56,863 nucleotides of DNA from assembly GCA_043803945.1 (NCBI GenBank), contig JAZDJN010000025.1:1-56863 (forward strand), given 5' to 3'. The notes below the pieces were generated by a model, which made no database searches, was not told the origin of the DNA, and worked only from the letters and a program-made list of their open reading frames with translations. The number at the start of each line of letters is the position of its first letter. The first letter of the stretch is position 1. Both the position numbers and the translations under genes were made by a program. The stretch comes from a bacterium. GTDB lineage: Bacteria > Bacteroidota > Ignavibacteria > UBA10030. Below, one piece after another: positions 47,905 to 56,863 of this stretch.

Positions 47905-50900
47905 ATGAAAAATATTCCTGACTTGAATGAGTTCTGTTTACGAGCAATTGCGATATCAGTCATTAAGCAATATCGACAGAGGTTGAAACATATTGCTGAG
48001 ATTATTGCTTTGCTATTGCTCATTCCTCCGATTATGTTTGCCCAAAATTTCTGGCAGCAGACGAATGGACCATACGCGGGCAATATATATTCTCTTGTAG
48101 TCAATTCATCCGGCCACGTTTTTGCAGGAACATATGGCGGTGGAATATTTCGTTCGACAGATGGTGGAAACAATTGGAACCAGATCAATAATGGACTGAG
48201 TGGCTTTGGATGGAACAGACAGTCTGTTAGCCTTGCCATTAATTCAGATGGGATACTCTATGCGGCAGCCGGACGAGTGTACAGATCGGTTGACAATGGA
48301 GATTCCTGGAGTGCGATCGATAGTGATTTACCCTCCAACTCCGCTGTATGTGTTATCGTCGGTGCAACGGGTCAAATCTACGTAGGGACTTCTGACAAGG
48401 GTGTGTTTCGTTCGAGAAATAATGGAGGGAATTGGATAGCGGCGAACAAAGGCGCCTCAAATGCAAATATAATCTCGCTTGCAGTGAACACGGCGGGGCA
48501 CATATTTGCAGCTGTATATCTGGATGGAATCTACCGCACAGTGGACAGCGGAGCAACCTGGATTCAGGTGCAACAGAAGATCTCGGCAGGAAATACAACG
48601 GGATTAGCGATAAACTCCTTCGGACATATTTTCGCAGCAATCAATGGAGCTGGTATCTATAGATCGATGAATAACGGAGATAGCTGGACTGATCTCTCTT
48701 ATTACAATTGTACATCGGCGATATTCATCAACAGCTCTGGACATATTATTACTGCAAAGGCACGATCAATAAACAATGGCGCGAGCTGGATGGATATGCA
48801 AGGCGTGCCCTCATTTATTAAATGTTTCGGAGAACAATCCTCTGGAATCCTCTACGCTGGTTCAGAAGATGCGGGTGTTCTTAAATCAATTGATAATGGC
48901 AATAGTTGGCAAAAATCTAATAACGGATTGAAAAACTCTTATGTCACCAGCTTGCTTGCTATTGGATCCGGTGCAATCCTAGCCGGCGATCAACATGACG
49001 GGCTCTTCAGTTCCACAAATGCCGGCAATGAATGGAAGCGCGTTGCTGAGGGCTATGTCGCTTCTCTCTGCCGCGACTCGGCGGGAATCGTGTATCTTGG
49101 AGGATTCTCAACGATTTCGCGATCACTGGACAATGGGCTTACCTGGAAACCTCTGTTCGCTTCTGGTTGGCAATCTTCAATTGCAGTCAATACGCAAGGG
49201 CATGTTTTTACTGGAACGAACAATGGCCTGTATCGCTCAACAAATAACGGCGATACCTGGGTGGAGTTGAGCAATGGATTAACGACAAGGAATATCTTCG
49301 CTCTATCTATAAACTCTTCAGGTCACATCTTTGCAGGAACTGCAGGTGGCGGCATCTATCGCTCTACAAGTAATGGAAACAGTTGGCAACAATCCAATTC
49401 AGGCTTAGGTCAATCGATGATCCAGAGTGTCTTCTGTGAACCTTCGGGGAGAATATTTGTTGGAACACAGTCAGCAGGAATATTCTATTCCACAAATAAT
49501 GGAGATAGTTGGACCCAGTCACTTAGTGGGCAAACAGTTCACGGCTTTGCAATGAACTCATCAGGCCACCTGTTTGCGGCTGCCTCGGATGGTGTGGTTC
49601 GTTCAAGGGACAGTGGAGTTACATGGCAAAAATTCTATCAATCCCCGAGTAGCGAGCCCTGGATGTGGGCGAAATCTCTTCTTGTCGACTCCTTGGGATT
49701 CCTCTATGTGGGTACCAATTATGATGGTGTTCTTCGTTCAGCAAAAACAACAATCACTCCACTCGTACCGATTTTAGCTTCACCGGCGAATGGCTCGATA
49801 GATCTCAGCAAGAACTTTACATTAACATGGTATCCCTCAAATGCAGCCGAGTCGTACTGTCTTCAAGTCGCTAAAGATTCGCTCTTTACTCAATTGTTAG
49901 TTGATCAATCGGCGATCGCAACTACATCAAAGGGAGTGTCACTTCAATTTTCTACCACCTATTATTGGCGTGTTCGAGCAGAGAACGAAAATGGATTGAG
50001 TGCCTGGTCGCCATTCCGAAGATTTACTACGGTGGAAGGGCCGATCCTTGGTGAATATACTCCTGATGCTAACACTGTTCTTCTCATGCACTTGAACGAA
50101 ACCAGCGGCAACACAGTAAAGGATGTCAGTGAAAACAAATACATGGGGACATTCGGGGCTGGCTCGTTTGTGCCGGGGAGATTTGGGAATGCATTTCAAC
50201 CGAGCGATTCTGCTGGCATCGTGATACAGTCATTTTCAACATTTGATCTTGGCAATCAATTCACAGTTGAAGCATGGATTAGACTCTCATCTTTTCCTTC
50301 AAGTGGAGTAGACATCCTAATGTTAGGAAGAAACAACTCTATTAATTTTTATATAATACCTGATTTGCGGCTCAGATTGTATTTGTACTTCTCAAATGGT
50401 ACTCAAGGAGATTTGTTGACCAATCAACCGATGATTTCTTTGGGTGTATGGCACCATGTCGCAGTGACGTTCAACAATGGTTTGGTTTCTATCTATATTA
50501 ATGGTGAGTTGAAGGAGAGAAATAATTATTATCCTTCTGTACAAAAAACAATTGGTACCTCGTATATTGCTGGTACTTTCTATAACAGTGAAATGTATCA
50601 TGGATTGATTGATGAGATTCGCGTTTCAAAAATTGCCCGCGATCCAAGCGAGTTCAATCTTCAACGTCCACCCCAAAATCTTACATCTACCGCGAACGCC
50701 AATTCGCTTCAATTAATATGGCAAAACGGTGGTGGTGCAGCACCTCTGATGCGCTACAAGATATATAGAGGTATTGATTCTCTTAATCTCACTTTCATCG
50801 ATTCAACAATGAGCACATCATATACCGATACAAAAATAACGCTTGGGTCACCATATTTCTATCGAGTTTCTGCTGTTGACTCTACAGGATTTGAAGGAGC

Positions 50901-53900
50901 AAAGAGCTATGTAACGCGAGCTGCTACATCGTTATTCGGTGAATATCAACCTGATGCAAATACGGTCGTGCTCTTGCATCTGAACGAAGAGAGAGGAGTT
51001 ATTGCCAATGATGCAAGTAACTTTAAAAATGATGGGACCTTCAATAAATCGAGTGTCTTTATTGGGAGATTTGGTCGAGGGAGAAAATTCGACGCACAAA
51101 GTTCGATTACTATACCATATTCATCTTCAGTAAAAATAGGTGGATCCGATTTCACCATCGAAGGCTGGATTAAGACTGATACTCCTTCTGATTCATGGGG
51201 TTGGCGTTTCTTCTCGAACTATGATGGAATAAAAGGACTCTATATTGATATCCGTCAAATCGGATTGCCAGTGCTAGGTTTGATAGACGCTGCTGGAAAA
51301 CAAGTTGAAGTAAATGGTGTACGTCAAATTGATGATCTCAAATGGCATCATCTGGTTGTAAGACGTATAGGATTTCAAATGACACTCTTTGTAGATGGAA
51401 TATTGGAATCTGGAATTGATATTTCAAGCATGGGAAGCTTTTCAACGAATGCAACTATAACTTTAGGCGCTGTAGGAGTTGCCAATCGTACAGATTATTT
51501 CATTGATGAAATTCGTATCTCTAATTTAGCCCGCTCTTCTGGAGAATTCAACCTCCAGCTTCCTCCTGTAAACATCAGTGCTACTTCTGTGTCATCAACG
51601 GTTAATCTTTCTTGGCAAAATGGTGGCGGAGCCGTGCCATTGATGCGATACAAGATTTATCGGGGTACTGATTCAATGAATGTTACACTCATCGATTCAA
51701 CGGTAAATACATCGTATACCAATTCCGGTCTGACAACCGGCACCACGTATTATTATCGCGTCGGCGCTGTGGACTCTACCGGATTTGAAGGAGCAAAGAG
51801 CTATGCGGTTAGAGTACAACCTCCAATTCCAGGCCCTACACTATCCTCTCCTGTAAACGGTTCATCTAATCTTGCAACAACGACTACGCTGACGTGGAAC
51901 CCGTTCGTCGGAGCTTCAGTATATCAAGTTCAAGTATCAGGTGATTCACTCTTCCGTAGCACCTTCTTCATGAATGATTCAACAATTTCTGCTGTAACCA
52001 AAACTGCCTCAGGTCTCATTAAAAGCATATCATATTATTGGCGTGTGAGAGCAAAAACGACAAGCGGGTGGAGCCTGTATTCAAATACCTGGAATTTCCA
52101 GATCGCACCAACAAGCATTACTCCTCCCGTTACTCAAGGAATGTGGCAGCAAACAAATGGGCCATATGGCTCTTGCGGAATCCTTTCGCTTGCGGTAAAT
52201 AGCTCAAACCATCTTTTTGCAGCGACCGAAGAGGGTATCTACCGATCAATAAATAATGGTCAAACGTGGACTCCAATTAATAATGGAATGACATCATTCG
52301 GCGAGGCAGGTCCAAGATGTGTTGCTCTGGCAATGACTCCAAAGGGTGATCTCTTTGCTGCCTGGTATTCAGTCTATCGCTCGACCGATAATGGTGATAG
52401 TTGGAGCCAACACAGCTCTGGTCTTGATGGACCCGTTGCCTGCTTTCTGACGACGGTGGATGGAACTGTCTTTGCAGGACGAGATAAAGGGGCCTTCCGG
52501 CTGGTACAAGGAAGTAATACCTGGTCAGCGGTGAATGCAGGGATCACCAATTTAAATATTCGTTCGATGGTGCAATCAACTGACGGAACTCTCTTTGCTG
52601 GAGCGATGAATGGCGAAATCTTCCGGTCAACAAATAATGGGGACAATTGGAATCAATTAAGCACCGGTATCCCTAGCCTTGAGATTCGATCACTCGCAGT
52701 CGATTCATCGGGATCAGTATATGCAGGTACATTAAGAGGTCCTGTCTATAAATCCACAAACAATGGGACTACCTGGACGAGCCTCGGAATCGAGGGTGAG
52801 ACAACCGCTATCTTAGTCAATCGAGAAAATCAAGTTTTTGTTGGGGGAGGAGGAGGTAGTAATCATGGTTTGTCTCGATCAACTGATGGAGGAAGTACCT
52901 GGGTATTTATACAAAACGGAATTTTAAGAGAAATTGTACAATCACTTGCGTTAACACCATCTGGTAATCTTGTTGCAGGAACATATTCAGGTGTATTTTT
53001 ACCAACCAGCAATGGTGATAGCTGGAAAAAAATCAATAACGGGATAAAGAATAGCAGGATCTTTTCAATGTTTCCTACATCATCGGGAAGCATTCTCGCG
53101 GCAGTACTTAATACTGGAATTCACAGTACAACTGATGCCGGGCTAACGTGGGTGGAACAGAAGGATATTCCTTACTACATCGCAGGTCAATTTGTTAAGA
53201 ATTCTCTAGGGCACATTTTTCTCTCAGACCGCAATTCTGGCGTCTATCGATCAACGGATGATGGACGAACTTGGACTTCAATCAATGCAGGACTAACTCA
53301 ACAGGTATGGGCAATTGCAGTTGGGAGATATGATCACCTCTACGCAGGGACAAGTTCAGGAGTATTTCGATCCACAAATAATGGTGATAGTTGGACACAA
53401 AAAAGTAATGGACTTCCCGCGGAGGTAGCCCATGTCATAACCGCATTACCGAGTGGTCAACTATTTATTGGAACTGCGAGCAGTCACCTGTATCGTTCGG
53501 ACAATAATGGAGAAACATGGATACAATCCGATGCTGGAATTAGTGGACGTATGGTATTTTGTTTCTACACGGATTTCTCAGGAACGCTTTATGCTGGCAC
53601 AAATCAAGGAGATAGTTTGGGAGTATATCGAAGCACCGATAATGGAGCTAATTGGTTAAGGATTAGTGGTAACACTTTCATCTCAGCGGTAAACACTATT
53701 TCCCAAAATGCCTCTGGCCACTTCTTTGTTGGATCGGATAATATCTACCGTTCGATTGATAAAGGCATGACGTGGTCTAGAGGTTCGTGGACCACCAAGC
53801 CAACAGGTTTATATGGGTATGTGACTTCGCTCTTCTTTGACAGTCTCGGTTATGGATATGCAGGCACAGAGAGATCTGGTGTTTTTCGAACTTCTAAAAC

Positions 53901-56643
53901 AACAGTAGTGCCCTCCGTTCCTTTACTCATCGCTCCAAATAATCTGGCAAGTGATCTTCCAAAGACCATTACGCTGAGTTGGAGTGATTCGTATGCAGCA
54001 GATAGCTACTGGTATCAGGTCGCTAAAGATTCGCTCTTTACCCAATTGATAGTTGATCAATCGTTGATCGCGACTACATCGAAGCAAGTTGCTCTTCAAT
54101 CTTCAACCACTTATTACTGGCGTGTGCGGGCAGAGAACGAAAATGGATTGAGCGGATGGTCTCTATTCAGAAGATTTACTACAGTGGAAGGGCCGATCCT
54201 TGGCGAATATACCACTGACGCCAACACTGTTCTCCTCATGCACATGAACGAAACCAGCGGTAACACAGTAAAGGATTCGAGCATCTTTAAGAATAATGGC
54301 ACTGCCATCGGAACTACGATTACAGCAGGACGATTTGGCAAAGCACGACAGTTCAACGGTTTAACAGATTATCTTACAATTCCTCACCGTACCTCTATTA
54401 ATTATGCAGGAGCATTGACAATAGAGGCTTGGATTCTGGCAAATCAATTTGTCAATAATGCAGGAATCATTACTAAAGGCACTTCTAATCGAAGCTATTC
54501 ATTGCATGAGTACAATCAAAGTATTGCTTTTTCAACGGCATCGAACACGTATCGGGCTAATTCAACACTTGTTCCCGGAAAATACCAGCATGTTGCCGTC
54601 GTAATTGTGGAGACTATTTTGAAATTCTATATCAATGGTGTGTTAGATAAACAAGAAAACCTCCAGGCATCAATAACGAATAATGCTGAGGATCTGACAA
54701 TTGGCGTTGAAAAGCCCGGAACGCCTGAATATTGGAATGGAATTATTGATGAAATCCGAATCTCAATGGTTACACGAAGTCCGGAAGAATTTAACCTTCA
54801 GCTCCCGCCCAAGAATCTCGAACTGGATATCACGGGTACATTGGCTACGCTCACTTGGCAGAAAGGGGGTGGATTGACGCCGGTCATGCGCTATAAGATT
54901 TATCGTGGCCTCGATTCCATGAATGTAGCCCTCATCGATTCGACGGATGCTCCACTATATGCTAATTCCGGATTGGCCATTGGGACTAAGTATTATTACA
55001 GAGTAAGTGCTGTTGATTCCACGGGATTTGAAGGAGCGTGGAGCTATGCCGCAACTGTAACGGCTCAGCCGAAATCGATCAAGGCAATTTCTGGGGGAAA
55101 TCAGTCAGGCAAAGTTACGACAACTCTTCCGAGTCCATTTGTGGTAACAGTGCTGGACAATAGCAATTCACCTGTCCCTACTATCTCTGTTGCATTTACC
55201 ATAGTCCAATATCCCGCTGGAGCAACGGGTCAATCACTCTCTCGATCATCGGCATTAACCGACTCCCTCGGTCAAGCATCAACATTGCTGACCCTGGGGG
55301 ATAAGCGAGGGACGTATAGAATAAATTGTGTTCCGGTAGGATGGAAGGGAGATACGGCATGGTTTTCAGCAGTCGCAACTCCAGGTACTGCATCTCTCCT
55401 GGCTAAGATATCGGGTGATAATCAATCTGCATTGATAAAATTTCAGATAAAAGAATCTCTTGTTATCATTGTGCGGGATGATAAAGGAAATGAAGTACCC
55501 AATGCCAATGTCCAATTTTCAATCTTGCAGCAGCCAACCGGAGCCGCTGGTGCACTTTGCTTTCCAATCAGTGCCCAGACAGATTCCAACGGACGAGCAT
55601 CGACTACAGTGACAATGGGAAGTAAAGCTGGCAATTATACCATTACTGCTTCATCTCAGGGTCTAACCTCGATTAACTTCACTGCAAAAGGAGTGTACCT
55701 CTCAGATTTCAACGCTGATGGAAGAGTGAATGGCCAGGATCTGACATTGCTCTTGACGTACAAGCAGCAAAACAATCTTACGCTGGGTGACATTGGTCCG
55801 GCAGCAGGGACTGTTCCTGAACTTCTCCCGATAAAAGATGTCAAAATTGATTTTGAAGATGCCATGGTTTTTGGGCAGATGTGGAACTGGTCTCTCGATA
55901 ACCCAAATCCGTTCGGATCGATTACTGTTTCTGATGAAAGTAATCCAGTCGGTACTCTCAAACTTAATTGCAGGGAAGATCCCTCCACCTTGTCTCAAAC
56001 GTCAAGGGAAATCTCATTCTCATTCGGCACTGCAGTTTCCTACCGAGGAGTATCGCTCCGGTTGGAATACAATCCACAGAGTATTCACGTGGAGGATTGG
56101 TCTTATCCCTCTGACAATACACTGTTTGCACTCAAGCGAATCGAAAATGAAAAAGGTTTTGCAGTGCTCGATCTTGCCCACTATAATAGTGTGTTGAACA
56201 AACAGATTCTCTCAGGAGAAATGATAAAAGTCCGGCTGAAAATTCTTAATGGTTCACACAATGCCAGGTTGGCTATTCATGCTGAAGCTTATACGGAGAC
56301 TGCTTCACTCGCCGGTAAGACACAAACTGAATATGCATTTAATAATGAACAAATTGTGCCAAGAGAATTCGCATTAAATCAGAATTATCCGAATCCATTC
56401 AATCCATCGACAATTATTCGATACTCGCTGCCGGTGAAATCGCAGGTGCGGTTGATTATTCTCAACACACTGGGTCAGAGGATTGCCACTCTAGTTAATT
56501 CCGAACAGGCTGCAGGGAATTTTCAGGTTGAATGGAAAACAAATATGGCGACAGGTTTATATTTCTATCGACTTGAGGCTGTTGGCGTAGAAGGGGAGAA
56601 AAAGGCGTTTTCTTCGACGAAAAAGATGTTGCTGTTGCAATAA
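47905..56643 (+). CDS. Giant secreted modular protein: BNR propellers, FN3, three LamG, Ig-like, dockerin-like, T9SS-type CTD
   Basis: RSTxNGxxW repeats in two blocks, TVEAWI..WHHVAV..NG..IDEIR LamG x3, GGNQSG and SGDNQS Ig repeats, DFNADGRVNGQD, QNYPNPFNPST. Confidence 0.92.
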   Translation: MKNIPDLNEFCLRAIAISVIKQYRQRLKHIAEIIALLLLIPPIMFAQNFWQQTNGPYAGNIYSLVVNSSGHVFAGTYGGGIFRSTDGGNNWNQINNGLSGFGWNRQSVSLAINSDGILYAAAGRVYRSVDNGDSWSAIDSDLPSNSAVCVIVGATGQIYVGTSDKGVFRSRNNGGNWIAANKGASNANIISLAVNTAGHIFAAVYLDGIYRTVDSGATWIQVQQKISAGNTTGLAINSFGHIFAAINGAGIYRSMNNGDSWTDLSYYNCTSAIFINSSGHIITAKARSINNGASWMDMQGVPSFIKCFGEQSSGILYAGSEDAGVLKSIDNGNSWQKSNNGLKNSYVTSLLAIGSGAILAGDQHDGLFSSTNAGNEWKRVAEGYVASLCRDSAGIVYLGGFSTISRSLDNGLTWKPLFASGWQSSIAVNTQGHVFTGTNNGLYRSTNNGDTWVELSNGLTTRNIFALSINSSGHIFAGTAGGGIYRSTSNGNSWQQSNSGLGQSMIQSVFCEPSGRIFVGTQSAGIFYSTNNGDSWTQSLSGQTVHGFAMNSSGHLFAAASDGVVRSRDSGVTWQKFYQSPSSEPWMWAKSLLVDSLGFLYVGTNYDGVLRSAKTTITPLVPILASPANGSIDLSKNFTLTWYPSNAAESYCLQVAKDSLFTQLLVDQSAIATTSKGVSLQFSTTYYWRVRAENENGLSAWSPFRRFTTVEGPILGEYTPDANTVLLMHLNETSGNTVKDVSENKYMGTFGAGSFVPGRFGNAFQPSDSAGIVIQSFSTFDLGNQFTVEAWIRLSSFPSSGVDILMLGRNNSINFYIIPDLRLRLYLYFSNGTQGDLLTNQPMISLGVWHHVAVTFNNGLVSIYINGELKERNNYYPSVQKTIGTSYIAGTFYNSEMYHGLIDEIRVSKIARDPSEFNLQRPPQNLTSTANANSLQLIWQNGGGAAPLMRYKIYRGIDSLNLTFIDSTMSTSYTDTKITLGSPYFYRVSAVDSTGFEGAKSYVTRAATSLFGEYQPDANTVVLLHLNEERGVIANDASNFKNDGTFNKSSVFIGRFGRGRKFDAQSSITIPYSSSVKIGGSDFTIEGWIKTDTPSDSWGWRFFSNYDGIKGLYIDIRQIGLPVLGLIDAAGKQVEVNGVRQIDDLKWHHLVVRRIGFQMTLFVDGILESGIDISSMGSFSTNATITLGAVGVANRTDYFIDEIRISNLARSSGEFNLQLPPVNISATSVSSTVNLSWQNGGGAVPLMRYKIYRGTDSMNVTLIDSTVNTSYTNSGLTTGTTYYYRVGAVDSTGFEGAKSYAVRVQPPIPGPTLSSPVNGSSNLATTTTLTWNPFVGASVYQVQVSGDSLFRSTFFMNDSTISAVTKTASGLIKSISYYWRVRAKTTSGWSLYSNTWNFQIAPTSITPPVTQGMWQQTNGPYGSCGILSLAVNSSNHLFAATEEGIYRSINNGQTWTPINNGMTSFGEAGPRCVALAMTPKGDLFAAWYSVYRSTDNGDSWSQHSSGLDGPVACFLTTVDGTVFAGRDKGAFRLVQGSNTWSAVNAGITNLNIRSMVQSTDGTLFAGAMNGEIFRSTNNGDNWNQLSTGIPSLEIRSLAVDSSGSVYAGTLRGPVYKSTNNGTTWTSLGIEGETTAILVNRENQVFVGGGGGSNHGLSRSTDGGSTWVFIQNGILREIVQSLALTPSGNLVAGTYSGVFLPTSNGDSWKKINNGIKNSRIFSMFPTSSGSILAAVLNTGIHSTTDAGLTWVEQKDIPYYIAGQFVKNSLGHIFLSDRNSGVYRSTDDGRTWTSINAGLTQQVWAIAVGRYDHLYAGTSSGVFRSTNNGDSWTQKSNGLPAEVAHVITALPSGQLFIGTASSHLYRSDNNGETWIQSDAGISGRMVFCFYTDFSGTLYAGTNQGDSLGVYRSTDNGANWLRISGNTFISAVNTISQNASGHFFVGSDNIYRSIDKGMTWSRGSWTTKPTGLYGYVTSLFFDSLGYGYAGTERSGVFRTSKTTVVPSVPLLIAPNNLASDLPKTITLSWSDSYAADSYWYQVAKDSLFTQLIVDQSLIATTSKQVALQSSTTYYWRVRAENENGLSGWSLFRRFTTVEGPILGEYTTDANTVLLMHMNETSGNTVKDSSIFKNNGTAIGTTITAGRFGKARQFNGLTDYLTIPHRTSINYAGALTIEAWILANQFVNNAGIITKGTSNRSYSLHEYNQSIAFSTASNTYRANSTLVPGKYQHVAVVIVETILKFYINGVLDKQENLQASITNNAEDLTIGVEKPGTPEYWNGIIDEIRISMVTRSPEEFNLQLPPKNLELDITGTLATLTWQKGGGLTPVMRYKIYRGLDSMNVALIDSTDAPLYANSGLAIGTKYYYRVSAVDSTGFEGAWSYAATVTAQPKSIKAISGGNQSGKVTTTLPSPFVVTVLDNSNSPVPTISVAFTIVQYPAGATGQSLSRSSALTDSLGQASTLLTLGDKRGTYRINCVPVGWKGDTAWFSAVATPGTASLLAKISGDNQSALIKFQIKESLVIIVRDDKGNEVPNANVQFSILQQPTGAAGALCFPISAQTDSNGRASTTVTMGSKAGNYTITASSQGLTSINFTAKGVYLSDFNADGRVNGQDLTLLLTYKQQNNLTLGDIGPAAGTVPELLPIKDVKIDFEDAMVFGQMWNWSLDNPNPFGSITVSDESNPVGTLKLNCREDPSTLSQTSREISFSFGTAVSYRGVSLRLEYNPQSIHVEDWSYPSDNTLFALKRIENEKGFAVLDLAHYNSVLNKQILSGEMIKVRLKILNGSHNARLAIHAEAYTETASLAGKTQTEYAFNNEQIVPREFALNQNYPNPFNPSTIIRYSLPVKSQVRLIILNTLGQRIATLVNSEQAAGNFQVEWKTNMATGLYFYRLEAVGVEGEKKAFSSTKKMLLLQ
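49864..50124 (+). repeat. Intragenic duplication (FN3-LamG junction)
   Basis: Highly similar at DNA level to 54016-54276, offset 4152 nt (in frame). Confidence 0.85.
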
Positions 56644-56863
56644 ACAATGCTCCTTTGTATATGCATTGATATCAATATCCAATTTAAAGCAGAATGTCAT
56701 GCAATTTGCGATTCTGGAGATGACTAGCCCAAGTTCGACAGTCGTATGGTCTAAAAAAATATTTTTTGGTCATTGAGCTCTGCTTTCACTTATTATGACA
56801 GAAAAGCTCATGTAGTGAAAACCTACCCCCTTGCGGAGCCCCATGATGATGTTGTATATTGCA

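Noticed and set aside
49864-54276. DGR template/variable repeat pair
   Set aside because: No reverse transcriptase in the window; differences are not confined to adenines and both copies are in-frame domains

Overview
A ~57-kb accessory region, probably from an Ignavibacteria-like (FCB group) bacterium, judged from three proteins with T9SS-type QNYPNPFNPST C-terminal sorting domains. The left two-thirds (1 to ~37.6 kb) is organised by a non-coding scaffold that the ORF track does not show. One repeat type (L, 7 copies) is tRNA-Glu(TTC) 3' remnant / GAATGTC-GAATGCG heptamers / terminator / paired 12-bp-spaced GGTAGACA-like boxes; not every copy has every part. A second type (R) is palindromic operator / TTGACT-16-TACCTT promoter / RBS-covering hairpin / N-terminal stub of the same tyrosine integrase: four near-complete heads, one operator-only copy and one longer stub. 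Single secreted-protein genes often sit between L and R. I read this as a tandem stack of related tRNA-Glu-targeting integrative elements, all with truncated integrases, acting as an integron-like gene-accretion locus. Two tRNA remnants carry different CCGCC..GGCGG hairpin mini-elements inserted at the same T-loop position. Cargo includes a sigma54 two-component system with visible enhancer sites driving a DUF6448 (N-terminal HCD) gene, a decaying TetR-HlyD-ABC-TolC operon, a gNOR-like heme-copper oxidase pair, a secreted proteasome-beta-like protein, KimA-like transporter/KdpDE, PadR pair, MNT with a dead HEPN, an OmpR two-component system and a CE15 esterase. The right third holds two signal-peptide caspase-family proteases, a cohesin lipoprotein, a MazF-type TA pair and a 2912-aa T9SS protein with a dockerin-like motif. 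All family calls come from motif recognition by eye; no searches were run.
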